Part shown: positions 35,862 to 49,502 of the stretch, piece by piece | How positions within the stretch are numbered: position 1 is the first letter of the stretch | How the letters are laid out: every line of letters starts with the position of its first letter | NCBI RefSeq assembly: GCF_001194135.2 | Contig: NC_068990.1 | Span: 45,591,628-45,655,627, forward strand | Direction: 5' to 3' | From: Octopus bimaculoides | Taxonomy: Eukaryota | DNA length: 64,000 bases | Position numbers and translations under genes: made by a program | The notes under the pieces: model-generated | Told to the model about the DNA's origin: nothing | The model's input: only the letters and a program-made list of their open reading frames with translations | Database searches by the model: none

Positions 35862-38434
35862 CTACAATAGGACTTGCAACTATATCCAAACAATGCAACA
35901 GGGAGAATAATTTTAGTCATTTCATCTCTGCTAATAATATATTCAAAGTTATAAATATTAAACAATTAGATATACTGATTTAATAATTACATGCTTGTAA
36001 TAATAATAATAGCATTCAATAAAGCCTTATAAGCACTAAATTTAGTGCTAATGGACTTTAATTACTTTAGAATTGCTTCATTAAAATATTGCAGTTAGCT
36101 TGGTAAAGCCTATATATCCAGTACTTGTGTCTATTTATACAGCTATAATGTGTGTGTGAATGAATATCTATGAATGTCTCATGCTTTAGTGCAATTAATA
36201 GAGTAAAATTGCTTGAACTATTGTGATCAGAACCATCAGCTAAAAAAGCATTAGCTTCCAACAAAGGAGAAGATGGGAGCTGTAGCACTGATGCTGTTCC
36301 TGTGAACATTATTAGTAAGATAGCTACATTTGAAAATTGAAACTGAACCCCAGAATAGGATTATCAGGAAGCCACATTTTGATTAATGGTTGTTAAATTT
36401 GTGAATTACTATCAAACACATACATGACTTCTGTGCACAATGTGTAATTATAGTAGCATATTGCAAATAAGTTTGCTGTTACAAACACTATTGGTTAGAG
36501 ACAGACTTAGCTGGTCTGCTGTTGAAATTTAATGCCAATTTCCTTCAGAACCAAGATAGATTGAGATAGAAATGTCACATCTTCCTTGTGCCTACTACAT
36601 AATACAAAAGATGTGCTGTGTGCAGCAGCTTTTAAACAGGATTCTGTTTTCCATTGTAATTTGTTAAGCACTCTACTACTTCAGACATGTTCTCAAATAG
36701 CAAATTGATTTGTTGTTACAATTACATATTGATGCTTTGAGGTGTACAATTATTCCTATTAATTTTATTTATCTCGTTATTTTTCTCATCAGTACAACTG
36801 TAGCCTAAGTTTAACATTGTTGTGATATTTGTGATTGATGGGGGAAATGTTTCCAGAACACCTCAAATAAGTTAATAGCAATGTTGGTTACTATACTCAG
36901 AACCTTTTGCTGATGAGGAAAGGCTTAGAATTTTGATTTCTATATAATAATTAATTGCTTAGTTTTTATATGGGTAGTACTTCCTAAAAGTGAGATGAAG
37001 CATTTTGTTTAGTTGTACAATGCAATAATTATGTTACAGTGGTATTGTGTTTATCTTTATAGCCCTTATATATTATTACACATCAGTTTTTATTTATCAA
37101 GAATAAGCAGTTAGCATTTTCTTCTCTGTGATAGCAGCAGTACATTAAGATAACAAGTAATAGAAAATATATATAAAGATAAACATCTGGTTTGTTGATT
37201 CTGAGTCATCAGCAAGATCTAGAATGACATATTGAGACCAACAACAAAATCTTGATTATGTGTCCCTCAAACATTTCCAATCATTAGAGCAATCACGTTC
37301 TTTCTAAATTTTTTTCTAACTTTGGAATACTGACCAACTCTATTGCTAAATTAGAGAGAGAAAATGGGGTGTCTTAGAACTGACACTTGTCTACCAGGTC
37401 ATTATTTTACTGAGAATTGTGTATCTTTGACAGAATGAGTTAATCCTTAATTCTACAGCAGGTAGAGTTTAGTGCACACTACTGAAGGATACAAGAGTGG
37501 AGTGGGTGGTGGTGGTGATGATGGTGGTCATTATCAGGTTAAAAACTGATATTCAGCCATTGGAAGCAAGTCAATCCTATTTCTGATAAATATTAATTAA
37601 GATGTTGCTTTATTACTTAATTTTTATACACTTCTAGGGCTAAAGTAAGTTTAAGCAATATTAAAAAACACACAAAAGCAACTCAAAAGTAAAGGTAAAA
37701 ATGTAAGCAATCAAATTACAAGTCAACAAAAATTGAAAAAAAAAAAAGACAAAAAATGTTTGTTGTTCAAACTGAGCTTTAAAACAAATAATAATTAATT
37801 GTAATTATCTATTATTCCAATAACATCAGCAATAATAACACAAAGGATAAAAGATGGTTAAGAGATTTCACAATTAATTAAAATGCAACATTTATTAACA
37901 TTACTACATTTTACAGTAGATAGTGGTAGTTGAAGTGTATCCATTCACACATATATAAGTACATTTATTTCTTTAAATTTGTTCTTCCATGCTGGCATGA
38001 ATCAACATGAAAGCTACAAATACAAATATCAGCATTTCAATTTTCATTAAGTAATTTTATGATAAAAAAAAGTAGTTTTTGTAGAAATCAAAACTGAGAC
38101 GACACATTTTTTTTTCTCAATAAATTCATTAATATATTTTGTCTATGACATATTGGTATTAGTGACATACAAACAGTTTGTCCAATACCATAATTATTCC
38201 CTTGAAATAACAACAGAAATATTTCCTTTAGGGAACAATTTCTCAAACTCCAAATATACATATACTTGTTCATCCTCTCTACGGAGGAATGTGAATCAGA
38301 GAAATCAGAATTAGTTCTCTAACTGGTGATAAAGTTTCTGGAGTTAGGTGAAGAGAAAGTGATTCCATCTCAGTAATGGTAAATAAAAAGCTGAAGAAGG
38401 TAAAAGTTGTGAAGAAAAATTTTGCATGCTATAC

Positions 38435-38573
38435 CTGGAACGCCGAAGATGTTCTGTTGCTGGGGAGTTGAAGATCCATACAATGCCATTATGGATTCTT
38501 TCGTGGTCTTATCATTACCACTCTTAGCATCAGAACTGGCACTGGTGAAAAGAGAATCATCAAATGCTCCATT
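38435..38573 (-). CDS. SMAP1: SMAP-like exon (139 nt, phase 0-1) with KESIMALYG motif
   Basis: tttccAG and GTatag ends. NGAFDDSLFTSASSDAKSGNDKTTKESIMALYGSSTPQQQNIFGVP. KESIMALYG corresponds to the SMAP-family KDSILSLY motif. Confidence 0.92.
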
Positions 38574-41425
38574 CTGGAAAGAAACAGTTGTCTTAGATAT
38601 TTATGGACTAACATTTAAATGATCAGGGAATTCATACCTTCCATGGTTAAAACTAAAGTATGCTGGAGCCAATGGGGGAGGTTCTACATGTTTACTTAAC
38701 CTGAAAGAAATAGAAGGTAAATTTCCTTCAAATCACACCTTACAGATTTAAATAAGATAGGGAAATATTACTTAATGTAGCTCTCTTATGCACACCTCAA
38801 AAGACAGGACAGTGATAGTTGGAATACCTTTGGTTATAAGTTTGCTCATTTGGAATTTGAATTGAGATAAACATGTGTGTATAGTGATTAGGTCAGTCAG
38901 TCTGCAAACCCAAAGATATTACATAAAATAGTCATATCTACTTGTATTTTATTTGATCTCCAAATATTATAAGTCATCACTTTTAGATAGATATATTCAC
39001 TATCAATACTGCAAGATACCTTTTGTTATACATAGATATATTAATTTTCCCTTGGTAGTATGGCAGGAGTGATTTTTGTTGAAGCAATTATTTTTACAAT
39101 TGATTGCTCCTCTTGTCACTCAATAGTGATGTTGGCTCATGCTGTGAAATGAGTTCACTACCAATCATATGGAAGTAGAATTGTGCACTTCTCTCCAGAT
39201 TGCTCAACTGATATAAAACAAGTTCCACAATTAAGTGGTTAACAATAGCAATGTCCAACTCCAAAAAAAACAAAAAAACCCATGAATGTGAGCCTCTTTG
39301 TGTTTGCTAGAGCTGTTGGAAATAGAAGACAAATCTTCACTAAATTTTACTTACCCACCTTATTGAAATATTGGTATATAGGCTAATAATATGAAAATGC
39401 ATTCTACATTCATAATTCTTATTATACACACATGGCATATTCCTTAGGGCAAGGAAATTATAGCATATATTGATAGTAAGGCAAGCCTTTAAAAAAAGTT
39501 ACTCCTTGATAGGAAATTGTAAGGGAATTTGGTCTAAACAAAATTTCTTAAACCATCTTCATAGTATATTATGAATTTAGCACTGCCAAGCCTTTCAAAG
39601 ATAGTTTTATGTAATTTAATTTTATAAAAGAGAAAGAAATTTAATTTTATAAAAGAGAAAGAAAAAGATTAATGTAGATATATATTAATTCTTATGTACA
39701 TGTTTCTCTAAGAATGAACAAGTTAAGAAATGATGCATTAGACAATGTAGTCTAGATATGGCCACAACTAAAATGCATTTGATCACATGTTTACTCGATC
39801 AAGTTCAATCTAGGTGCTAACAGGAAATTTGGACTCTGCTACTAAACTCGTTTCTTTGTTGCCAAATAAATGAAGTACAGTGATACAATAAGAACTTGCT
39901 AACTTTTCAGTTGAAAAGTTAACAACCACTGCAACCCCATCAGAAAATGATAAGCTTGGAGAAATGTTTAAAGCAAGTTTAGAAATTTATCATTCATATA
40001 TATGTAAAATTAAACAGAATTAACCTTACAAAATTGATGTAATTACATAAACTAAGATTCAGTTTCCCAAAACAAAAGTAAAACTATTTAAAAAAGTTTT
40101 TGCCTTAAACAACACTACTTTTACAGATTTTTTGTATAACAATTTTTCCATGCTCTCTTGGGTTAAACATCTACAAAAATGTGACTATCTGTATGGAATG
40201 TTATGTCATGTGGAGTCACCTGAATGCCCACTTTTAATACAAACCAATAAACTATAAAGTAGAAGTAGAGATAAGAATAGAAAGGAACACATATTGCATA
40301 CTCCTGTATTTTAAAACTCTCATCTACTGTAAATAATAAAATAGAAATAGGAGTAGAATGAATTAATATTATATTAGCAACAGTTTCAGGAGGAGAGTTG
40401 GTAGAATTGTTAGGACACTGGACAAAATGCTTTGCAGAATTTCATCCCTCTTTATATTCTGGGTTCAAATTACACTGAGGTCAATTTTGTTGTTTATCCT
40501 TTTGGGATTGATGAAATAAATATCAGTTGAGCACTGGGGTCGATGTAATCAACTAGCTCCCTCCCCCAAATTTTAAGCCTTGTGTCAACAGTAGAAAGGA
40601 TTATATAAATGACAGTTAATTATACAAAATCAGAGCAGTATTTTCTAAAGCTAAGGTAACAATACCTATATACTAACTGGTACATTAGCATCATACATGT
40701 GGGTAGCAATGCACTGAAAGTATTTCAATGGAGTGAAATTTCATAATACTAGAGACTTCCTTTTCATGAGAGTAATCATAACTGTAACTGGGGTTAAAAG
40801 CAGACTAAAATTTCAGGATAAGTAAAGCTTAACAAGAAATTGAAAGTGAAATAAAGATGCTAATAACTGTAATTTAATTTCAGATCCCAATTGATTAATG
40901 ATAACCAAAGTATTTATTTTATGATTATTTGAAAACACAGTGACAAACAGATTAAAATGTCAATCTTTAGTATCAAAAAAAATTTCTGTACTTCATTCTT
41001 GAACCTCAAGAGAAATTACATTTTTAAGAGAGAGACGTTCTATAAGACACTGTAAGGAGAACAAAAATGTATGTGCTGTGTTGCTAACAGACTAGCTACA
41101 CTGAAATGATGGTTTTAGTGTCACTCAATCAAAAGGTTCTTTGGTTTGAAGTCAGAACACTTTCAAATCAGAGGAATTTAAGATGTTTTGCACCAACAAG
41201 GTGTCTAGTTACAACGATCCACCAGTCCTGTAGCAACGCAAAGAGATTTACCTTCCTAGCTCAAATCTGTAACCACACCATCATTAAAATCAATGAACTA
41301 TCAACAAAATGCATCATGTAATCAGATGAACATGAAATTCTTTACAAGATGATTACTGTAGGAAAAACATGCATTTTAGTTACTAGTTAAATCCAAATGA
41401 AAATAGGTAAAAATATGTATTGTAC

Positions 41426-41601
41426 TTGTTGGAATGCCTGTTGGCTGGAATTGGCAGTGTTTGTAGGTGTCTGTCCAGAGGTTTGGCTTTGAACAGCATT
41501 TATAGGAGCAGCAGGTGCTGCATTTGCTGTAGAAGCTCCACTGCTTCCAAGGAAGTCATCTAATAGGTTTGCATTGTTTGCAGAAGATTCACCAGGAGAG
41601 C
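41426..41601 (-). CDS. SMAP1: SMAP-like exon (176 nt, phase 1-0)
   Basis: ttcattatcAG acceptor; weak GTacaa donor. (S)SPGESSANNANLLDDFLGSSGASTANAAPAAPINAVQSQTSGQTPTNTANSSQQAFQQ. Confidence 0.85.
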
Positions 41602-42957
41602 CTGATAATGAAAATAAAATGAAATTTAAAAACAAAACTTAAATATGACTGTTATAAAATATAATTGATGGATTAGCAGAATCATTAAAGCATTCATGAA
41701 AATGTCTTAAAGTATTAACTAAATATGGCTCTTTATGTTCAGAGCCAACCAAGATGAATCCCATTTTGGTAGGCTTTATCTTCCAAAGTTGACCAAATAA
41801 GTATCAGCTGACTACCAAAGTTTATTTAATCAATCAACCTCTCCTATTAAATTTCTAGTCTTGTGTGCATGCTAAAATTACTACTACTTCTACTACTATA
41901 AATATCACTTCTGCTGCTGTCACCATCACTACCACTACCTACCTCTACAGCTGCAATTTGATCCAGGCACTGTAAACCATTGATCAATCTTTAAAAATGT
42001 TGAAATACAGCCATTAAAACCATCACATTCTCTTTTCACTTGATTTGTTGCTACTGGGTATGTGGGATGGAGAAATAGAGTACTGGTACCAAACTACAAG
42101 CCACAGAATATAGATAGCAACATCCCATTCATTGTCAGTAGATGAAATGGGACTTAAGTCAGTCACATAAACACAGATCTTGGAACATGGCTGGACAGAT
42201 TCAACAATCCGATGGCAACAGTCTGAGATAGGGAGAAGTATAATGTTTGTGATTGACTGTAATGTAATGACTGGGAAAGGTAATTTTAAAAAGCTTTAAG
42301 AAACAACAACTGGTCTAACAAATAAAAATAGCCATTAAAAAAAAAATACATGATAATGCATAAGAAATCAATTATTTCCTAATTGCACATTAGTTTACTT
42401 TGTCATAGTAGTAAATGCACATAGTGTACTTTCTCATAGTACAAGTTTCAACCAGTGTTGTATGTGTAACTGAATACATTAGCGGCAAGAACAGGCATGG
42501 CTAAAACCTCTCCAAGGCGGTGCCTCAGCCTGTCTCCAGTACAATGACTGAAACAAGTAAAAGATCAAAGATAAATATATACACTCACGCGCACGACACG
42601 AGTCCGCACATAGAAGTCAAAGGAGATAACTCATAAAGCTCGGAGTTGTCTCCCTTAGCTTTATTATCAAATTGAGTGGCTAAACCAGTAAAGTTATGTA
42701 AGTGTCAAACGGTGTTCAGTTTACTGAACATAAAACTATCGTTACGTAACTACTTCGCTAATTTTCTCAAACGATTAAAAATAAAAATAGTAGCAAAACA
42801 AAAATCGATATTATGTATTTCTAGCTAGATTGTTGACAGCAGGTGGCGATTTATACGAAAGAAAAGAAAATTCCACAGTTGTCAAGAACAAAGAAAGTAG
42901 TTTAATTAAACCTCAACTCTAAATATATATAGTGATCATAAAGAAGTTGAAATATAT

Positions 42958-43389
42958 GTGGTACTTTTTGGTTATCTCACCCCCATTAAAAAATTGGATT
43001 ATCTCCCCAAGTTTTATGAGAAATATTGGTACTTTTGGTTATCTCACTCATTTAAAAAAATTGTTTAACCCTCAATTAAAAAAAAAAAAGTGAAAAGATG
43101 AAATATCTTATTGAATCTAATAATATTTTTGTAACAAATTATACAAAACTGAAAAGATTAATAAACATGAAAACTGAAAAAATTAAACATCTCACTGAAT
43201 TTGATAACATTTTTATAACAAATCATACCATTCCTATTGAGGAGGCCAAACGTCAACAATGTGTTGAAGTAGTGAATCAAAAGGATCTGACTCTTTTAAT
43301 CCAATCTCTTGTCGCCACATAAACTCAGCTTTTTAGTGGGGAGATAACCCAGTTTTTTAATGGCAATGAGATAACCCAAAAGTACCCAC
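42958..43389. mobile_element. About 430-bp MITE with about 50-bp TIRs
   Basis: GTGGTACTTTTTGGTTATCTCACCCCCATTAAAAAATTGGATTATCTCCCCA (42958-43009) versus the reverse complement of 43337-43389. TA flanks; the left TIR is partly duplicated at about 43027-43060. Confidence 0.8.
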
Positions 43390-43443
43390 TAAGTATTTTA
43401 CAAATTCAATAACAAAGAATAAATATATAAACAATAGCTATGC

Positions 43444-43500
<57 letters not shown>

Positions 43501-43750
43501 TATTCTCAACCAAAACTGCTCAATGAACTGGAATGTAAAACTCTGAGTAACAGTTTTTGTGATGTTTTTGTTTGCAGCTTTATTAATAAAGTGTGTGTGT
43601 GTGTATATATATACACATATATATATACACATATATATATACACATATATATATACACATATATATATATACATATATATATATACATATATATACATAT
43701 ATATATATACATATATATATATATACATATATATACATATATATATATAC

Positions 43751-43781
<31 letters not shown>

Positions 43782-44036
43782 NNNNNNNNNNNNNNNNNNN
43801 NNNNNNNNNNNNNNNNNNNNNNNNNNNNNNNNNNNNNNNNNNNNNNNNNNNNNNNNNNNNNNNNNNNNNNNNNNNNNNNNNNNNNNNNNNNNNNNNNNNN
43901 NNNNNNNNNNNNNNNNNNNNNNNNNNNNNNNNNNNNNNNNNNNNNNNNNNNNNNNNNNNNNNNNNNNNNNNNNNNNNNNNNNNNNNNNNNNNNNNNNNNN
44001 NNNNNNNNNNNNNNNNNNNNNNNNNNATATATATAG

Positions 44037-44067
<31 letters not shown>

Positions 44068-44076
44068 TACATATAC

Positions 44077-44138
<62 letters not shown>

Positions 44139-44149
44139 ATATATAAAAG

Positions 44150-44269
44150 CACAGGTGTAGCTGTGTGGTTCCAGGTTCAGTTGCACTGCATGGCACCTTG
44201 TGCAAGTACCTCGGGCCGACCAAAGCCTTGTGAGTGGATTTGGTAGACGGAAACTGAAAGAAGCCCGTC

Positions 44270-44270
<1 letters not shown>
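44150..44270 (+). mobile_element. tRNA-derived SINE (family B) head; other copies at 47620-47950 (+) and 18070-18340 (-)
   Basis: GGTTCCAGGTTCAGT...GGCACCTTG.GCAAGT...GGCCGACCAAAGCCTTGTGAGTGGATTTGGTAGACGGAAACTGAAAGAAGCCCGTCG. Confidence 0.75.
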
Positions 44271-44328
<58 letters not shown>

Positions 44329-45610
44329 GTGTTGGTGATGGTGGTGGTAATGGTGGCAGCAACAGTCACAGACTATCAGATGTGGTTATACCCTGCTAGT
44401 TACAATGCACTTTCTCATATTGTTATAGCCTTCAAATGATGCCACCTCACTGGTTAGGTGGGCAGGCCAACATAACTCCTGACTGGGAATGCTAGTCTAC
44501 ATGGTTACCCATTTATGGCTGAATGGACTGAAGCAATTTGAAATTGCTCTGCTCAACAACACAATGCAATGCTGGCCTTGGGAATTGAACTTGCAATTTT
44601 GAGTGCAACAGCCTAACCACTGGTTTATGTATCTTTATATATCTGTATACATATAAGACTTAATCAGATGAGACATTGACTTCTTTTTTTTTTTCTCAGG
44701 ACCTTCAAAACAAATGGTAGGAAGTTCTCCTCAGACCAGAGACCTGGCCTCAATACTTGCAACAGGGTAAATCCAGCAAAAGGCACCCTTATGCTAGGTG
44801 GTGGCATTGTTAAACCAGGTACCACCTAAGAACAGGAATGATCCCTCTGATGAGCATACAGATTCTGACTACCAAATCTTACTCACAGGACATTGCTGAC
44901 CTGAGGTAACAGCAGAAGACACTTGTCGAAGGTTCTGCATTCTATACAGTGTGATCAAACTTGAAATCGCATAAATACAAAGCTAACTTCTTAAATACAC
45001 ATCTTTATATAAACATAAAAGCATATATTTTGTTTATACTGCGATGACAAGAGTGACAAGGAAACTTCTGTAGCTAGGGCAGAACAAATGCCATGAAATA
45101 TTTGTTTGAAAGTATCAGTTTATGACTTTCTCACCACTATATATTGGTGAATTACACATATATACACATTTAGACGGCAAATTGGCGAAGATATTAAGAG
45201 TGTTGGGTTGAATGCTTTGCAGTATTTGGTCTGACTCATGCTCTCTTAAGGACACATGCTGTTGAGGTTAGTTTTGACTTTCACCCTTTCAGGGTTGATA
45301 AAAAAAAGTCCCAATGCAGGGTGATGGATTGGTGAAACTGTTAGAGCATTGAGTGAGTTGCCTTGCAGTGTCCGTTTTGGCTCTGTGTTCTGAAAGTAAT
45401 ATATGCGGTGATACTGGTGTTAAGCTGCCTTTCACTTGGATAAAAATCTGTGACATTGAGAAGGAAGACTTGTATGTATGTGCAACTGCCAGTCTTCCTC
45501 AAAGGACTGCCACATTCTGTTGGCATATAAACTATACTATTCAGTACTGTTACTGTATATCTCTCACTTAGAGATTTAAAACAAGTTGTTTTTCTCTCTC
45601 TCTATATATA

Positions 45611-46330
45611 TAGGGTGTTTGGGATAAATTTGACAGTTTGCTTAAAAGGAAAAGAAAACACAATGTCCTATCCAAAAATAAAAGTATCTTTAAAAAATCA
45701 AAAAATATCATCTAGATTATGGTTGGGAGATAACAATTTACTCCAAGAAGCCATCCTAAGCTTTCCCTGTGGCCTCTACATAGCTCCGGGACCAGGTTCA
45801 TGTGTTCCTCACTGTGGCCCTAGGAAGATTTTCCAACACCTCCTTGATTTTGGCCACCAGCTTGGCTTTGGTGTCTTTCTCAACTGTCCCCACACATAGT
45901 AACTACAGTCCGGGTAATTAGGAGGCCAGAAATTAGGGATGATAAAATCACAGAAATTCTCCAAAAACCACTTCTGACTCTTTCCAGAAGTATGGCAAGG
46001 AGGCAAATCCTGCTGCCACACATGGCCTTCCAGCATCAACCTCTCCAGCAGTTTCACATAGTTGTCTGTATTGAACCCTAAAGCTCTGCTCAAAAATGAG
46101 GGGATAAATTTTGGCATGTGGATGCAGTGAGAATGCCTGGTATGTGCCTTCCTGCTGGCATGGATTCATAGACTCCATTGCAGCTGTTCATGTCACATCT
46201 TACAGCCTTTACAGTGTTCACAGAGCATTGAGCAGCAGACATTTTGATACTCAGCATGAATCCTCATGATACAGGTAAACTCTTTTCCAATATTCAGATA
46301 GCTTCCAGTCCTTCATGTCAGTAATCTTTT
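45611..46330 (-). mobile_element. Degenerate Tc1/mariner (maT-like) element with right terminus
   Basis: ORF 45809-46117 includes HVWQQDLPPCHTSGKSQKW and NFWPPNYPDC..YYVWG. The terminus TA|TAGGGTGTTTGGGATAAATTTG is at 45611. Confidence 0.85.
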
Positions 46331-46580
46331 TTCTCAACACAACTTTAATCTTTATGCTGTCCAGTGCCATTGACTGTTGACTAATATATCAAGCTGTTTC
46401 TGATAAATGGAGACAAAAAAAATCATCAAATTTAGTCTGAATACCTGTAAGATGCTTGCTTAAGATACCACAAAGTAGGATTGAACCTGAAACCATATGG
46501 CTGCAAAGTGACAGCTATGCCTGCATGCACAACATTACAATTAAATGTAAAAATAAAAACAAATAATAAAACTGGCATAC

Positions 46581-46692
46581 TCAAGTTGAGTAGATCATCA
46601 GCATGAGAACTCTTCTTGGTTTCTTTAGCAATCTCCTTTAATGGCTGAGCAGTTGTTTCTGTTACTTCTTTTGACTCAACCTTTTGAGAAGG
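46581..46692 (-). CDS. SMAP1: SMAP-like exon (112 nt, phase 0-1) with clathrin-box-like DLLNL
   Basis: ttttgtAG and GTatgc ends. PSQKVESKEVTETTAQPLKEIAKETKKSSHADDLLNL (compare DLLGLD of SMAP1). Confidence 0.9.
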
Positions 46693-48996
46693 CTACAAAA
46701 TACAAAAATTAAATATAAATAATAAGATATTCAATTTGAAAGTGCTGAATCAATGAACAAAACATCCAAATTTAGGAAACAATGAGGTTGACTCCAAGAT
46801 ATTTTTTTAAGTTCTGTCCACTCCACAACATAAATGTGAAATGTCAAAGTTCTAAGAAATAGCTGCTGGTTTTATTTTTATTTTGTTTAATGCATCACTT
46901 CTAATAAATGTAATCTGGATTTCTTAAGGTGAAATGCCTTACCAGAACTCTCATGTAATAAAACATTTGAAGTAAACAAAAATGTGAATATTTTATTGAA
47001 GCTACATCATCATCATCGTTTAATGTCTACTTTCCATGCTGGTCTGACTGAGGACTGGCAAACCAGGAGGCTGTACAAGGCTCCAATCTGCTTTGGCAAG
47101 ATTCCTACAGCTGGATGCCCTTCCTAACACCAACCACTCTGAGAGTGTAGTGATTGCTTTTTATGTGCCACTGGCATAGGGGCCAGTCAAACAGCACTGG
47201 CATTGGCCATGACTACGATTTCACTTGACTCAACAGGTCTTATGTATAATAATTTAATAATCCTTTGTCTGATATCTGAAAATCTCCAGAGTTTGAAATT
47301 TTTGTAAGCATAAGAAATGAAAAACTAAAGAAGTGCTTGAAAGGCACTAGTGTATAGTTGTGGACTATCAGCTTACTCAAGGGTTTTCTCAATTCAGTAT
47401 CATTGCAGTCAGTTTATTACCAGCAGCTACCATAGCAATATTTTTATGCATGAACTACTGTGTGTTCTATTCTGTGTGTTGAAAATACTGAAAAGGCTTG
47501 CAGATAGTCTTAAGAGGAAAAATGTTTAGCAGAGAATTTGTTGAATTAGATAAATTAGACAATAGAGATAAGCAGAGAATCAGTTGTATGAGGTGAACAC
47601 TTGGAAGTATCAAGTAACTGGAATGTGTAGTAAAATGTTTGCTTCCCAACCACATGGTTCTGGATTCAGTCCCACAGTGTGACACCTTGATCAAGTGTCT
47701 TCTACTGTAGCCTCAGGCCAACTAAAGCCTTGTGAATGGATATGGTAGATGGAAACTGAAAGAAGCCCATTATGTGTGTGTGTGTGTGTCCCACCACTGC
47801 TTGACAATTGGTGTTGGTGTGTGTAAATCCCTGTAACTTAGCAGTTTGGCAAAAGAGACCAATCAGTACTAGGGTTGATTCATTCAATTAAAAACTCTTC
47901 AAGGCAGTACCCCAGTATGGCCGCAGTCTAATGACTGAAACAAGTAAAAGGTTATGGTGAAATGTTAGGGATATTTGTCACATATAACCTATCTCAACAT
48001 GTTCAAATCCTTCAATAACTTGGTATACTGTCTTGACATGCTCAGTCTATTTTATTTGAAGCTACACAGTCAGTGAATGCATGTTAAAAAGAATTTTGTT
48101 CAACATAGTGAACTGGCATTTTCTCAATAATGTTCAGTTTTCTTTCTTTCTTCTTTCCCAATTAATTTAAGGTTAAAGATAAGTCTTTCTTTCATACCAA
48201 GATATAAATTCTTAAAAGTCATTTTAAGTTTTCAGCCATTCAAACAAGTAATTTAAAAAGCAGACATTTAATAGTTTAATGCTTTTCCCCAACAATGAAT
48301 TATCGACGGAGGGGAAATAACTTTCTGCAGGACTGACTTGAGTAAATGTCTGTTCTTAAGGAAGGATAAAAGTTAAAACCAATATATATCACTAAATCCG
48401 GCTCTTATGTCAGATCTAAAAATGATGGTAGCATTAAATAACATTTACTACATATGAGAGAGAGAGAGAGAGAGAAAGAAAAAGAGAGAAAGAGAGAGAG
48501 AGAGATGCGTCAGTTAAACACAAGACTCCCAGCTAATAGGCCAGCAGCTCATAATCTGCACAGTGAAGTCCACTTGATTCTAAGTAGGTATTAATATAAT
48601 TTGCAGCTGAAAGTAGTAGCAGTGTTGCGGAATTGACAAATGATTTCTTAGTTTGCAGGTTCATTGACTTCTGAGAAAAGAAAAAGAAAGAAAAAAGGGG
48701 AAAAAAAGCAAACACCTTACTGAGGAAATGCCTTATTCGTTACTCTTGAAATTGGAGATAAATGCCAGTAATATAGATCTTAGTGATTAGGAAAAGGATT
48801 AGCTAAGCTGATCCATGTATCAAGAAAAGGATATATTACCAATGAATTAACCCGAACAGAGCAAGAAAAATAATATGTAAAGGAATAAAATTTTAATGCA
48901 TTTGCTTTCATGTGATGCTGTGGCTAATTGTTCTGGAATTGAAAGGAGACACATAAGTAGGACTTGAATTTTTAATAGATTTAATGCTTGTATAAG

Positions 48997-49453
48997 TGAA
49001 ATCGAAATCGAACTAAATTTGACGACTGGCACCCATGCCAACGTCGTCTCCTTCATTGGACACTAAACTCGGCTTGCGAAAACCTGTTTGGGGCAAGTGA
49101 AAGCGAAATCGTGATGGCACCTGTGCCCAGCGTCGCCTTACTGACACTTGTGCCAGTGGCACATGTAAAGACATTCGAGCGAGATCGTTGCCAGTGCCGC
49201 TGGACTGGCTCCTGTGCAGGTGGCACGTAAAATACACCATTTTGAGTGTGGCCGTTGCCAGTACCGCCTGACTGGCCTTCGTGCCAGTGGCACGTAAAAG
49301 CACCCACTACACTCTCGGAGTGGTTGGTGTTAGGAAGGGCATCCAGCTGTGGAAACACTGCCAAATCAGATTGGAGCCTGGTGTAGCCATTTGGTTCACC
49401 AGTCCTCAGTCAAATCGTCCAACCCATGCTAGCATGGAAAGCAGACGTTAAAC

Positions 49454-49501
<48 letters not shown>

Positions 49502-49502
49502 A
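48997..49502 (+). mobile_element. Young RTE-tail-related SINE/LINE 3' end with (GAT)n tail
   Basis: Ends ...GGTGTTAGGAAGGGCATCCAGCTG...CCCATGCTAGCATGGAAAGCAGACGTTAAAC(GAT)n. Decayed relatives are at 15260-15480, 28310-28520, 28820-29050, 31200-31300, 32150-32330 and 47005-47240. Confidence 0.85.

Noticed and set aside
48997-49364. 96-aa and 103-aa minus-strand ORFs
   Set aside because: Antisense readings of a GC-richer SINE/LINE-tail repeat.
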